39,671 nt of DNA from Eubacteriales bacterium (GCA_045613605.1 JAZLBH010000033.1:1-39671), one strand, 5' to 3'. Positions 23,390 to 33,648 are shown, counted from the stretch's first letter. The notes: generated from the sequence alone by a model not told the origin. Program-made: numbers and translations.

Positions 23390-24800
23390 GTTGGGACTCG
23401 GACGTCTTACGGCGGATAAGGTGGCTGAAATTTGTAACGGAACTTTATATGCTGTAGGATGCGAAAACAAGGTCCTTTTTGAAACTGTTTGCACTGACTC
23501 ACGCGAGGCTGACAATACGTCTATGTTTGTTGCTATTCGCGGTGAGCGCGTTGACGGTCATTCATATATTTCTAACGTAGTTAAGGCAGGCTGCCGTTGC
23601 GTTATTGCCGAAAGAGTACCCCTTGACGTTAAGGGTGTTGCAGTTATCATCGTTGAAAACTCCATTCGCGCTATCCGTGATATCGCAGAATACGTTAAGT
23701 CTCAGGTTGACATAAAAACCGTAGCTGTAACAGGCTCCGTTGGTAAAACTACCACAAAAGAATTTATTTCTTCAGTTCTTGACAGAGGATTTAAGCTTTA
23801 TAAGACGGAGGGTAACTTCAACTCAACCATCGGTATGCCCATGAGCATGCTCGAGCTCAGCCAAAGAAATGACGCGGCTGTGTTTGAAATGGGCATGAGC
23901 GGTCTTGGTGAAATTGAATATATGAGTGAGGCGGCAAAGCCCGACGTTGCAATTATTACCAACATCGGCTCCTCACACCTTGAGGCGCTTGGCTCAAGAG
24001 AGAATATTCGCCGTGCAAAAATGGAAATTACTGCAGGTCTTAAGGACGGCGGCACACTTTTCCTTAACGGTGACGAGCCTCTTCTTCAGGGACACGAGAG
24101 CGATAGATACAACGTTTTTTATTTCGGTATGCAGAATGAGGAATGCGACTATTTTGCAAGCAATATAAGAAATACTGAAAACGGTCTTGTTTTCGATATG
24201 AAGACACCTGCAGGTGAATTCAAAAATATTGAAATTAACCTTGCAGGCTCACACAACGTATACAATGCAATGGTTGCTTTCTCCGTTGGTCTTAAGATGA
24301 ATATGACAGAGGCTGAAATTCGCGAGGGACTTCTTTCCTACAAGGCGGCAAAGATGCGTCAAAACATCTACTCCGTTGGCGGAATCACAGTTATCGAGGA
24401 CTGCTATAATGCAAGCCCCGAGTCAATGAACGCGGCTATCAACGTTCTTGGCGATCTTGCAAAAGCAAAGGGAGGCAGAATGATCGCGCTTCTTGGCGAT
24501 ATGAGAGAGCTTGGTACAACTACCGCTACTCTTCACGCGGGCGTTGGTTCATATTTTGCTTCAAAGAATCCCGATTATCTTTTCACATACGGCGAGCTTT
24601 CATCCGAAAATCTTGCTGACGGTGCCGTTAAAAACGGTATGAGTGAAAAGCAAATCTTCAGAAGCCCCATCACCGATGCTGAGGTGGTTGGCAAAAAGCT
24701 TCTCGGCGTTATTAAAGAGGGTGACGTTCTTCTCGTTAAGGCGAGCCGCGGTATCGCTGCGGAAAACGTTCTTAACTACGTTAAAGCTCAGCTTGCATAA
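23379..24800 (+). CDS. murF: UDP-N-acetylmuramoyl-tripeptide--D-alanyl-D-alanine ligase
   Basis: VTGSVGKTTTKE P-loop and Mur ligase domain order. 11-nt overlap with murE. Confidence 0.9.
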   Translation: MKIKLGLGRLTADKVAEICNGTLYAVGCENKVLFETVCTDSREADNTSMFVAIRGERVDGHSYISNVVKAGCRCVIAERVPLDVKGVAVIIVENSIRAIRDIAEYVKSQVDIKTVAVTGSVGKTTTKEFISSVLDRGFKLYKTEGNFNSTIGMPMSMLELSQRNDAAVFEMGMSGLGEIEYMSEAAKPDVAIITNIGSSHLEALGSRENIRRAKMEITAGLKDGGTLFLNGDEPLLQGHESDRYNVFYFGMQNEECDYFASNIRNTENGLVFDMKTPAGEFKNIEINLAGSHNVYNAMVAFSVGLKMNMTEAEIREGLLSYKAAKMRQNIYSVGGITVIEDCYNASPESMNAAINVLGDLAKAKGGRMIALLGDMRELGTTTATLHAGVGSYFASKNPDYLFTYGELSSENLADGAVKNGMSEKQIFRSPITDAEVVGKKLLGVIKEGDVLLVKASRGIAAENVLNYVKAQLA

Positions 24801-24821
24801 TTAAATACGAGGTTATATAAA

Positions 24822-25808
24822 ATGATTATTGAGTTTATTTCAGTCGCTCTTGCGATATTTGTTTTGACAGTTATACTTGAAAAGCTCATAATCCCGATAC
24901 TTCAAAGCCGCAAGGTAGGACAGAGAATTCTTGAAATCGGTCCCCGTTGGCACAAGAATAAAGCAGGTACTCCCACAATGGGCGGCATCTGCTTTATTAT
25001 GGCAATATTGGTGGTTATGGCTGTTATGTCCGTTATTATTGCAGTTAATGGGCAGGCTAAGGAGCTTATTCCGTTGGCTCTTGCCTTGGGACTTGCAACC
25101 GTGAACGGCTTGATCGGATTTTTTGACGACTATACAAAGCTTATCAAAAAGCAAAACGAGGGCTTTACTGCAAAGCAGAAGATAGCTCTTCAGTCGCTTG
25201 CCGCAATTATTTATCTTGTGGCAATGGGACTTACGAATAATATAAACACAGCGCTTCATATTCCTTTTACAAGCGTTAATTTGGAGCTTGGTGCGTTCTA
25301 TTACGTATTTGCATTTGTTCTTATCATTGGATTTGTAAACAGTGTAAATCTTACTGACGGTATTGACGGACTTGCAAGCTCGGTTACGTTGGTCGTTGGT
25401 ATATTCTTCAGCGTTGTGGCATTTACATTGGGAGATAGAATCCTTGGTCTTATCGGTGCGGCTCTCATTGGCGCAACGGCAGGATTTTTGGTATACAATT
25501 TCTATCCCGCAAGAGTATTTATGGGTGACACGGGCTCGCTCTTCTTAGGTGGACTCGTTGTGGGTGCAACGTTTGTGCTCGATGAGCCGATGATTATTTT
25601 CCTTATCGGCATAATCTATCTTATCGAAGCGGCATCCGACATTATTCAGGTCGGTGTATTCAAGCTTTCGGGAAGAAAGATCAGAGTGTTTAAGATGGCT
25701 CCCATTCACCATCATTTTGAAAAGTGCGGTTGGAGTGAGATAAAGATCGTTGTTATCTTCTCACTTGTAACGCTTGCATTCTGTACTTTAGCATATTTCG
25801 GAATTTAA
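24822..25808 (+). CDS. mraY: Phospho-N-acetylmuramoyl-pentapeptide transferase
   Basis: 328-aa polytopic protein with GFFDDYTKL, NLTDGIDGLA, VFMGDTGSL and APIHHHFE motifs. Confidence 0.92.
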   Translation: MIIEFISVALAIFVLTVILEKLIIPILQSRKVGQRILEIGPRWHKNKAGTPTMGGICFIMAILVVMAVMSVIIAVNGQAKELIPLALALGLATVNGLIGFFDDYTKLIKKQNEGFTAKQKIALQSLAAIIYLVAMGLTNNINTALHIPFTSVNLELGAFYYVFAFVLIIGFVNSVNLTDGIDGLASSVTLVVGIFFSVVAFTLGDRILGLIGAALIGATAGFLVYNFYPARVFMGDTGSLFLGGLVVGATFVLDEPMIIFLIGIIYLIEAASDIIQVGVFKLSGRKIRVFKMAPIHHHFEKCGWSEIKIVVIFSLVTLAFCTLAYFGI

Positions 25809-25827
25809 TTTATTTGGAGGTAAGGGT

Positions 25828-27138
25828 ATGAAAAATAATAAAAATACTAATACACCTATGACTTCCAATAAAAAAAGCATTAAAAATATAATAGACGAAT
25901 ATACGGAGAAAAGGCGTGAGAGCAGATATGCCAACGATGAGGCATTTCATAAGTCAATCACGCCCGACCGTGATCCCTCAAGCGAGGGAGATAACAAAGG
26001 GGTTATATATAGAAATGGCGTGGACACACGCTTTCTTGTGTATGTAATCCTTTTGCTTTGTTTTGGGGCGGTTATGATGTATAGTGCGACCTGTGTTTCC
26101 GCAGAGCAAAGATTTGGCGACAGCGCGTATTTCATAAGTCGATATTTGTTGTTTGCCGTTGCGGCAATTGCCATTACCGTACCCTTTGTTCTTTACGGAC
26201 GTCCTTGGTTTTGGAAATGCTTTGGTACTGCCGCTTACGTGGGCTCTGCATTTCTTCTCGTACTCGTTTTGCTTCCCATTCCCGGTATCAGAGGCGAGTT
26301 TAACGGTGCACAAAGATGGATCGACTTGGGATTTATAACCATTCAGCCCTCTGAAATAGCAAAAACCGGTGTCGTTATGATGCTTGCGTTCTATTTATCA
26401 AAATATCACAAAAAGCTTGTCAATGACAGAAATACTGTAAGTGAGTTCAAATACGGCGTTTTTTATCCTGCGCTCATATTTGGTATAATTTGTGTACTCG
26501 TTATGCTTGAAAAACACATTTCGGGCGTAATGATCATCGGTATGATGGGTATTGCACTTATGTATATGGGTGGAACCCGTACAAAGTGGATATTTATGAT
26601 TATTGCAGCGATTGCTGTTGCAGGATGTCTTCTCATCTTAGTATCGGGATATGCTCAAGAGCGTGTTTACACATGGCTGCACATTGAGGAGGACCCTCTT
26701 GGAAGCTCATATCAGACGCTTCAAGGTCTTTATGCCATTGGATCCGGAGGATTATTTGGCGTGGGTCTTGGAAACAGTAGACAAAAATACGGTTACATAT
26801 TAGAGGTACAAAACGACTTTGTATTTACGATCGTTTGCGAGGAGCTTGGCTTTTTCGGCGCGGCTTTGTTGATTACATTGTTTGCGCTCGTCGTTATAAG
26901 AGGATTCAAAATTGCATCAAGAGCCCCTGATAAATACAGCTCACTTTTGGTGTTTGGACTTGTGTTTAAGCTTGCACTTCAGGTGGCTTTGAATATAGCG
27001 GTAGTTACGAATTCCATGCCCAACACGGGTATATCACTTCCGTTCTTTAGCTCGGGCGGTACGGCGCTTGCTCTTCAAATTTTTGAGATGGGAATTATTC
27101 TTTCCGTTTCAAGATTTAGCACGGTAAAGAAGGACTAA
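25828..27138 (+). CDS. ftsW: SEDS-family peptidoglycan glycosyltransferase FtsW/SpoVE
   Basis: QRWIDLGFITIQPSE, LEVQNDFVFT and SLPFFSSGGT motifs. A ~65-aa hydrophilic N-terminal extension precedes TM1. Confidence 0.88.
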   Translation: MKNNKNTNTPMTSNKKSIKNIIDEYTEKRRESRYANDEAFHKSITPDRDPSSEGDNKGVIYRNGVDTRFLVYVILLLCFGAVMMYSATCVSAEQRFGDSAYFISRYLLFAVAAIAITVPFVLYGRPWFWKCFGTAAYVGSAFLLVLVLLPIPGIRGEFNGAQRWIDLGFITIQPSEIAKTGVVMMLAFYLSKYHKKLVNDRNTVSEFKYGVFYPALIFGIICVLVMLEKHISGVMIIGMMGIALMYMGGTRTKWIFMIIAAIAVAGCLLILVSGYAQERVYTWLHIEEDPLGSSYQTLQGLYAIGSGGLFGVGLGNSRQKYGYILEVQNDFVFTIVCEELGFFGAALLITLFALVVIRGFKIASRAPDKYSSLLVFGLVFKLALQVALNIAVVTNSMPNTGISLPFFSSGGTALALQIFEMGIILSVSRFSTVKKD

Positions 27139-27153
27139 AAGGAGTAAAAATAT

Positions 27154-28263
27154 ATGAGAGTTTTAATGACAGGCGGTGGCACGGCAGGGCACATTAATCC
27201 CGCGCTTGCTATAGCTAATACGATAAAAGCTAATATTCCCGATGCCGAGATTGAATTTGTCGGTACGGCTCGCGGACTTGAAAATACACTTGTAACAAAA
27301 GAGGGATATAAGCTCCATCACGTGAATATCAGAGGAATCAGCCGTTCGCTTTCGCCAAGCAATATCAAGGCAGTTATGCTTATGTTCACCTCTCAAATCG
27401 AGGCTAAGAAAATCATAAAGGAGTTCAAGCCCGATATCGTTATAGGTACCGGTGGATACGTTTGTTGGCCTGCCCTTAAGGTTGCCGCAAAGATGGGAAT
27501 TCCAACCGTTGTGCACGAATCAAACGCGCGTCCCGGTCTTGCAATAAAGCAGCTTCAGGGTAATCTTGACAGAATTTTGGTAAATTTTAAGGATACCGAA
27601 AAATATATCAAAAGCAAAGAAAAGGTAATGCACGTTGGAAACCCCATTAGAGGGGGATTTGGCGGACTTGATTACAGTGAGGCAAGAAAAATGCTAGGTA
27701 TCAAGGATGACGAGACCTACGTTCTTGCCTTTGGCGGAAGCCTTGGCGCTCAAAGAATGAACGAGATCGTTTTTGATTATATGAAAAACCATGCAAGAAA
27801 TGACAGCAAGGTCGTTTGCCATCTTGCAACGGGAAGAATATATTATCAAGAATTTTCTCAAATGTATAAGGACGCAGGACTTGAAGACTGTGAAAATCTT
27901 TCTATGATGGAATATATCCACGATATGCACGTAAGAATGAGCGCCGCGGACCTTATTATTTGCCGAGCGGGAGCTATGACGATTTCAGAGCTTGCAATGA
28001 TGAAAAAGGCATCACTTATTATTCCTTCACCCAACGTTGTTGACAATCACCAATACAAAAACGCAAAGGTTCTTGCTGATGCGGGCGCTACCGTATTGAT
28101 TGAGGAAAAGGATCTTAACGGTAACACCTTTGCAGACGCTGTTAATGAGCTTGTTGCAAATCAAAGCAAGAGGGAAGAGCTTAGACGTAATATCGTTCAG
28201 TTTGCAAATACCGATGCAAACAAATTAATTTATGATGAGATAATTAAGCTCACGAAAAAATGA
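27154..28263 (+). CDS. murG: UDP-N-acetylglucosamine--N-acetylmuramyl-(pentapeptide) pyrophosphoryl-undecaprenol GlcNAc transferase
   Basis: TGGGTAGHINPALA N-terminus, GT28 architecture, ICRAGAMTISEL motif. Confidence 0.92.
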   Translation: MRVLMTGGGTAGHINPALAIANTIKANIPDAEIEFVGTARGLENTLVTKEGYKLHHVNIRGISRSLSPSNIKAVMLMFTSQIEAKKIIKEFKPDIVIGTGGYVCWPALKVAAKMGIPTVVHESNARPGLAIKQLQGNLDRILVNFKDTEKYIKSKEKVMHVGNPIRGGFGGLDYSEARKMLGIKDDETYVLAFGGSLGAQRMNEIVFDYMKNHARNDSKVVCHLATGRIYYQEFSQMYKDAGLEDCENLSMMEYIHDMHVRMSAADLIICRAGAMTISELAMMKKASLIIPSPNVVDNHQYKNAKVLADAGATVLIEEKDLNGNTFADAVNELVANQSKREELRRNIVQFANTDANKLIYDEIIKLTKK

Positions 28264-29084
28264 TTATGGAAGAAAAAATAAATCAAAACGAAGAAAACCT
28301 CAAAAAGCATTCGTTGGCAAGTAAGCTTATATTTGCTATTGCTTTAATTCTTGCGGCTGCGATTATCCTGGGAATTATATCCACCGGTATTCTTTTGTGC
28401 TTTCCCGTTAAGCAAATTGAGGTCTCGGGAGATAGCAGATATACCTATTCTGAGATAATTGAAGCATCGGGAATAAAAAGTGGGGCAAGACTTTATTTTT
28501 TGAATGAAAAGAAGGCTGAGAGAGCGCTTTTGGCATCATTCCCATATCTTAAAGACGTTAAGATAAATTCGTACTTTCCCAACAGAGTAAAAATTGATAT
28601 TGAGGAGTTTGAAGATATATATCTTGTTCCTCACGTCAACGGATTTTGCTACGTTAACGGTGATTTTGAAATATTAGAGATAATAGAATCTGCGCCGGAA
28701 TACGAAAGATTCTCCGGTATATTCATTAAGCTTGAATTTCCGATTGAGGGAGAGATAGGGGCCCTTTCTATGAATGATGACGCCCAAAGAGCAACGGAGC
28801 TTATAGAATTTATTAAGGAATACGGATTCTATAGCCACCTCAATATTGTGGACGTGGAAAATAAATATGACAATGCGTTTATTGTTGACAAGCAGTATAA
28901 ATTCATTATTGGGTCCATGACGGATATTTCCGAAAAGATTGACGTTGCCTTTAAGGTGTGCTTTAGCAATAGCTTTGTTAAAGAAAATAATGCTATTATC
29001 GATGCAACGGACAAGAAAAAGGTGACTTTGCGTTACGTTGATGATGAAAATATACGCTTAGAATTTGATTTTTGTCAAAAATAA
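28260..29084 (+). CDS. ftsQ: Cell-division protein FtsQ/DivIB
   Basis: Single N-terminal TM followed by a POTRA-like segment (IEVSGDSRYTYSEIIEASGIKSGARLYFLN...). ATGA overlap with murG. An alternative ATG lies at 28266. Confidence 0.8.
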   Translation: MIMEEKINQNEENLKKHSLASKLIFAIALILAAAIILGIISTGILLCFPVKQIEVSGDSRYTYSEIIEASGIKSGARLYFLNEKKAERALLASFPYLKDVKINSYFPNRVKIDIEEFEDIYLVPHVNGFCYVNGDFEILEIIESAPEYERFSGIFIKLEFPIEGEIGALSMNDDAQRATELIEFIKEYGFYSHLNIVDVENKYDNAFIVDKQYKFIIGSMTDISEKIDVAFKVCFSNSFVKENNAIIDATDKKKVTLRYVDDENIRLEFDFCQK

Positions 29085-29125
29085 TAAAAAAATTAAAAAT
29101 TTTTTATAAAAAAACAAAAAAAGTC

Positions 29126-29154
29126 TTGCAAATATTACAAAAATATATTATTAT
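29126..29154 (+). promoter_or_regulatory. Candidate internal promoter for ftsZ
   Basis: TTGCAA 29126-29131, 17-nt spacer, TATTAT 29149-29154, in a very AT-rich 123-nt gap. Confidence 0.5.
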
Positions 29155-29207
29155 ATATATTAAGGACGAACTTCTATATATTTTGTGAAATTTGGAGGAT
29201 ATTTATT

Positions 29208-30293
29208 ATGATTTTCGAACATGACGATAGCATGAACTGTGGCGTTAATATAAAGGTTATTGGCGTCGGCGGTGGCGGTAACAATGCCGTTAACCGTATG
29301 ATCAACACAAATATTAAGGGTGTTGAATTTGTGGCTATTAATACTGATAGACAGGCACTCAGAAGAAGCGATGCTTCAGTTCAGCTTGTTATCGGTGAAA
29401 AGGTAACTAAGGGATTTGGCGCAGGCGCTAACCCCGTTATCGGTACTCGTTCAGCTGAGGAATCAGTTGAAGAAATTAAGGCTATTCTTACAGGTGCAGA
29501 CATGTGCTTCGTTACTGCCGGTATGGGCGGTGGCACAGGTACAGGTGCGGCTCCCGTAGTTGCCAGAATAGCAAAGGAGCTTGATATTCTTACTGTAGGT
29601 ATCGTTACAAAGCCCTTTGCATTTGAAGGCGCAAAGAGAATGAATCAGGCAGAAGACGGTATTGCTGCTCTTTCTTCCTACGTTGACGCTCTTGTTGTAA
29701 TTCCCAACGAAAGACTTAAGCAGGTTTCTGATACAAGAATCACACTTGCAAACGCTTTTGAGGCTGCTGACGACGTTCTTCGTCGCGGTGTTCAGAGCAT
29801 TTCTGAGCTTATCTCCGTTCCCGCATTCATCAACCTTGACTTTGCTGACGTAACTTCTATCATGAAGAACGCAGGATATGCTCATATGGGTGTTGGTAGT
29901 GCAACAGGTAAGGATAAGGCTGAGCTTGCTGCTAAGGCTGCTATCTCCAGTCCCCTTCTTGAAACAACAATCAAGGGTGCTACAGGCGTTATCATCAGTA
30001 TCACAGCTTCTCCTGACGTTGGACTTCAGGACGTTGACGTTGCATCTGCAATGATTTCTGCAGAAGCAAATCCCGAAGCAAACGTTATCTGGGGTGTTGC
30101 ATTTGATCCTGAGCTTGAGGATGAAATGAGAATTACAATCGTTGCTACAGGCTTCGAAAAGAAGTTTGAGGATCAGCCTGCTGCTAAGAAGGCAGATGAG
30201 GTTAAGAGCACAAAGGCTGCTAAGACAAGCGCTCCTGCTCAGGAAAGCAACGATCTTGATTTTGATGACCTTTTCTCAGTATTTAAGAGATAA
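29208..30293 (+). CDS. ftsZ: Cell-division GTPase FtsZ
   Basis: [13 protein letters not shown] and tubulin signature [11 protein letters not shown]. Disordered linker and conserved C-terminal peptide [13 protein letters not shown]. Confidence 0.95.
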   Translation: MIFEHDDSMNCGVNIKVIGVGGGGNNAVNRMINTNIKGVEFVAINTDRQALRRSDASVQLVIGEKVTKGFGAGANPVIGTRSAEESVEEIKAILTGADMCFVTAGMGGGTGTGAAPVVARIAKELDILTVGIVTKPFAFEGAKRMNQAEDGIAALSSYVDALVVIPNERLKQVSDTRITLANAFEAADDVLRRGVQSISELISVPAFINLDFADVTSIMKNAGYAHMGVGSATGKDKAELAAKAAISSPLLETTIKGATGVIISITASPDVGLQDVDVASAMISAEANPEANVIWGVAFDPELEDEMRITIVATGFEKKFEDQPAAKKADEVKSTKAAKTSAPAQESNDLDFDDLFSVFKR

Positions 30294-30308
30294 TTAATTA
30301 CACAAAAA

Positions 30309-30338
30309 ATCGCTCACGGTCGTGGGCGATTTTTTTTG
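30309..30338 (+). terminator. Intrinsic terminator ending the dcw cluster
   Basis: 9-bp stem ATCGCTCAC / GTGGGCGAT followed by TTTTTTTT. Confidence 0.8.
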
Positions 30339-30383
30339 TTGCGGCATATAATGAGAGTAGCGACTTTACAAAGGAGATATATA

Positions 30384-30947
30384 ATGGATAACAATAATAT
30401 AAGCAATCATATATGCAACAACAATCATAAAAGAATGGAAAGAAATTATAACCTGCGGGTTGCTAATGAAGGAATGCCGAGAAAAGAAGAAAACACCAAC
30501 GATGATAGATTGAACACTCACAAGGATTATTGCGATTTGTGTGTGGATAGATGCAAGAACGAGCACGGTGGTGAGGTGTACGGATTGAACGTTGAAAAGA
30601 GTGCGTTTAGGAACCGCAATTTCAGGGAAAGCGTATGGACGGGTAAATATTTGCAAATGACTTTGATGAATATTTTGCGAGGCGATGACATTGGGGTTGA
30701 GCGACACGAGGACACCGACCAATACATTAGGGTGGAGCACGGAAATGCTATTGTAATAACGGGGAGTACGGAGCAGTGCCTTGATAATAAAATAAGACTT
30801 GGCAAGGGCGATGCAGTGCTTATTCCTGCAGGCACTTGGCATAACGTGATTAACGTGGGTAGGTGCGATTTGAAGCTTTCATCGGTATATGCGCCGCCAC
30901 ATCATCCCAAATGCACAGTGGAAAGAAGCAGGGGCGATCGGTGTTGA
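30384..30947 (+). CDS. Cupin-domain protein
   Basis: Cupin_2-like core GVERHEDTDQYIRVEHG...GDAVLIPAGTWHNVINVG. Start set to ATG 30384 (AAAGGAG RBS); the track starts at TTG 30336. Confidence 0.7.
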   Translation: MDNNNISNHICNNNHKRMERNYNLRVANEGMPRKEENTNDDRLNTHKDYCDLCVDRCKNEHGGEVYGLNVEKSAFRNRNFRESVWTGKYLQMTLMNILRGDDIGVERHEDTDQYIRVEHGNAIVITGSTEQCLDNKIRLGKGDAVLIPAGTWHNVINVGRCDLKLSSVYAPPHHPKCTVERSRGDRC

Positions 30948-30959
30948 TAATAATAAGAT

Positions 30960-30984
30960 AGCAGGGCATAGCCCTGCTTTTTTG
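30960..30984 (+). terminator. Intrinsic terminator
   Basis: AGCAGGGC-ATA-GCCCTGCT followed by TTTTTT. Confidence 0.8.
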
Positions 30985-30985
30985 G

Positions 30986-31014
30986 TTGACAACGTCCTTG
31001 TGTTGTGTTATAAT
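30986..31014 (+). promoter_or_regulatory. Sigma-A promoter of the collagen-like/SBP gene
   Basis: TTGACA 30986-30991, 17-nt spacer, TGtTATAAT with -10 at 31009-31014. Confidence 0.75.
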
Positions 31015-31060
31015 GTACACATGATATTTTAACGTAGTTAAATGTGAAAGGAAAAAGACT

Positions 31061-32740
31061 ATGAAGGCAATACTTTTGAAATGGCTTCCTTTAATATTAT
31101 CGTTGGCAGTATGTATAACGACGTTGGCTGTTACCTTTAGTGCTAAATCAGAGCCTGCTGATAACGGCAAATCCGCATATGAGATAGCCGTTGAGCACGG
31201 ATTTGAGGGAACTGAAGAGGAATGGCGTGCGTCCCTTAAGGGAGAAGCAGGCATTAAAGGCGACAAGGGCGACACAGGTGAGTCAGGCGCTCAAGGTGAA
31301 AAGGGCGACACGGGTGAAACAGGTGCTCAAGGTCCTAAAGGCGACAAGGGTGACACAGGTGCTAAGGGCGAAAAGGGTGACAAGGGTGACACAGGTCCTC
31401 AGGGAGAAAAGGGTGACAAGGGCGACAAGGGTGATACATTGTCATATGACGGCTCAGAAGTAACGATTACATTTTGGCACGCAATGGGGGCTGATAACAA
31501 AAAGCTGCTTGATGAGGCAATTGCACGATTCAACGAAAAATACCCCAACATCACTGTTGAGCATCAGTCCTACGGTGACTACGACGGCGTATTTGACCAG
31601 ATCAGAACAAAGCTCACAGCAGGCAAACAGCCCAACTTGGCATTCTGCTATCCTGACCACGTAGCTACTTACAACAAGGCAGGCGCCGTTTTGACTCTTG
31701 ATTCCCTTATTAACAATCAGAATGTTATTGCAGGATCTAATGAAATAATGGGCTTTACACAGGCTCAAATCGATGATTTTATACCTGCATTTTATGAAGA
31801 GGGCAGAATGTTTGGCGACGGCAAGATGTATTCACTTCCGTTTATGAAATCAACTGAGCTTCTCTATTATAATAAGACGGTGTTTGATTCACTTGGCCTT
31901 GAAGCTCCCGAAACGTGGGACGACGTTGAAGCTATAATCAAGGTCCTTAAAGAAGAATATCCAAATTCTATTCCTCTTGGATATGACTCCGAGGAAAATA
32001 TGTTCATCACACTTGCCGCTCAGTACGGTTCTGAATACACAAGTGCAACAGGTGACCACTATACATTTGTAAACGATACAAACAAGGAATTCCTTGCTAA
32101 GTTTGCTGAATGGTACCAGACGGGTTGGTTGACCACATCTGCTCTTATGGGTGGTTCTTACACATCCGACGGCTTTACTAAGGATAATGATGAAATCGGT
32201 AAGATTTTCATGTCTATCGGTTCTTCTGCAGGTGCTAGATATCAGAGACCTAACAAGGTTGATGGCGAATACCCCTTCGAAGTGGGAATCGTTTCTGTTC
32301 CTCAGGTAGATCCTTCTAACCCCAAGGTTATTTCTCGGGGTCCCTCTATCTGTATCTTTGAAGACGAAAACGTTCAGGAAGTCTATGCTTCTTGGCTCTT
32401 CCTCAAATTCCTTACAACTGATTTGGAATTCCAAGCTGAATACTCTGAGAAGTCCGGTTATGTTCCCGTAATCCAGTCCGTTGTGGAAACAGAGCAATAC
32501 CAAGACTTGCTTGAAAAAGCAGACGGCGGTGAATTTATTACTGCTCTTGCAATAAAGGTTTCCTGTGAGCAATATAATGCGTATTTTAACACTCCCGCAT
32601 TTTCAGGCTCTGCAAATGCTCGTGAACAGGTTGGTCTTCTTCTTCAGTCCGTATTTGCAAAATACAGCCTCGTAAATGATAACACAGCTATGATAAACAG
32701 TGAATTCCAAAAATATTATGAGTATTGTATAAATGACTAA
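31061..32740 (+). CDS. Membrane-anchored collagen-like repeat protein fused to an ABC-type extracellular solute-binding domain
   Basis: 559 aa. Hydrophobic N-terminus, then [26 protein letters not shown], then 22 Gly-X-Y triplets. The C-terminal part is a family-1 SBP-like domain ([31 protein letters not shown]...). Confidence 0.8.
   Translation: MKAILLKWLPLILSLAVCITTLAVTFSAKSEPADNGKSAYEIAVEHGFEGTEEEWRASLKGEAGIKGDKGDTGESGAQGEKGDTGETGAQGPKGDKGDTGAKGEKGDKGDTGPQGEKGDKGDKGDTLSYDGSEVTITFWHAMGADNKKLLDEAIARFNEKYPNITVEHQSYGDYDGVFDQIRTKLTAGKQPNLAFCYPDHVATYNKAGAVLTLDSLINNQNVIAGSNEIMGFTQAQIDDFIPAFYEEGRMFGDGKMYSLPFMKSTELLYYNKTVFDSLGLEAPETWDDVEAIIKVLKEEYPNSIPLGYDSEENMFITLAAQYGSEYTSATGDHYTFVNDTNKEFLAKFAEWYQTGWLTTSALMGGSYTSDGFTKDNDEIGKIFMSIGSSAGARYQRPNKVDGEYPFEVGIVSVPQVDPSNPKVISRGPSICIFEDENVQEVYASWLFLKFLTTDLEFQAEYSEKSGYVPVIQSVVETEQYQDLLEKADGGEFITALAIKVSCEQYNAYFNTPAFSGSANAREQVGLLLQSVFAKYSLVNDNTAMINSEFQKYYEYCIND
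31241..31438 (+). repeat. Collagen-like (Gly-X-Y)x22 coding repeat
   Basis: Uninterrupted [24 protein letters not shown] ... GDK GDK GDT. The DNA is built from imperfect 9/18-bp units GGYGAYAARGGYGAYACN. Confidence 0.9.
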
Positions 32741-32745
32741 TAAAT

Positions 32746-32783
32746 AAAAGCAAAAGGCGTTCATTTGAACGCCTTTTGCTTTT
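32746..32783. terminator. Bidirectional intrinsic terminator between convergent genes
   Basis: 17-bp perfect stem AAAAGCAAAAGGCGTTC / GAACGCCTTTTGCTTTT. Confidence 0.85.
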
Positions 32784-33648
32784 AGAATATTGGTAATACG
32801 TCGATTATTAAGCCTGAGATAACTGATATTGTGAAAAGGAGCGCAACGATCAAGATATTGTTCTTTCTTGGACGGTTGGTTCTGAAAAGAACTGCAAGTG
32901 CAACTCCCGAATTTGCCAAAAGACCTGAAAGCATTATGCCTGCAGAAAGTATTCCGTCGACGTAAAGCTCACTTATTATTACGCTTGATGCACAGTTGGG
33001 AATTAGTCCGACCAACGCGGAAAGGATGTTTGCGAGTATTGGCTTGTTTAATATCAAATCTGCTATATTTTCTTTACCGATGCCGTGAATTATCAGGTTG
33101 AGCACAAGGGTAAGGGCAAAGATAAACGTGCCGATTTTGAGCGTGTGAACCAGGGCAGGCTTGAATACGCTGTGGTGACAGTGGCAATCCTCTCTTTCAC
33201 AAAATTCCTCAATTTTGCTTTCAAGCTTGATTGATTTTTTACTGTAAATAACTTTTATGGCAAGGTCGATGGCAATTCCCATAACAAGAGCAATGGCAAG
33301 CTTTATAAGAAGCACCTTAATGATTACATTAAAGCCGATGCTGTGGGAAAGAAAGATGGGAATCATCTCATCACTTGTCGATAAAAACACCGCAATTAAG
33401 GTGCCAAGTGAGATCACCCTTGCGCTGTAAAGCCCTGCAGCGGCGGAAGAGAATCCGCACTGCGGCAAGAGTCCAAGGGAGGCACCTATGAGTGAGCCAA
33501 ATTGTCCTGAGCGCTTTAATACGCGCTCAGCCACGTCCTCAGAGCGATGCTCAAGATATTCCATTAAAAGATAGGTTAAAAACAGGAACGGAATCAGCTT
33601 TATTGATTCAATAAAGCTATGCTCCAATATATGAATAAATTCAGGCAT
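32782..33648 (-). CDS. Polytopic membrane protein, putative ArsP_2-type (10-TM) permease / metal exporter
   Basis: 288 aa, ~8-10 TM. GLLPQCGFS and LIPNCASS motifs in two pseudo-repeats. Central loop CEREDCHCHH (nt 33172-33201). Family assignment is from memory only. Confidence 0.55.
   Translation of the reverse strand: MPEFIHILEHSFIESIKLIPFLFLTYLLMEYLEHRSEDVAERVLKRSGQFGSLIGASLGLLPQCGFSSAAAGLYSARVISLGTLIAVFLSTSDEMIPIFLSHSIGFNVIIKVLLIKLAIALVMGIAIDLAIKVIYSKKSIKLESKIEEFCEREDCHCHHSVFKPALVHTLKIGTFIFALTLVLNLIIHGIGKENIADLILNKPILANILSALVGLIPNCASSVIISELYVDGILSAGIMLSGLLANSGVALAVLFRTNRPRKNNILIVALLFTISVISGLIIDVLPIF

Noticed and set aside
31191-31463. 90-aa + strand ORF ([17 protein letters not shown]...) inside the collagen-like region
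   Set aside because: It is an alternative reading frame of the GXY repeat. It is periodic only because the DNA is periodic, and it has no independent start signals.
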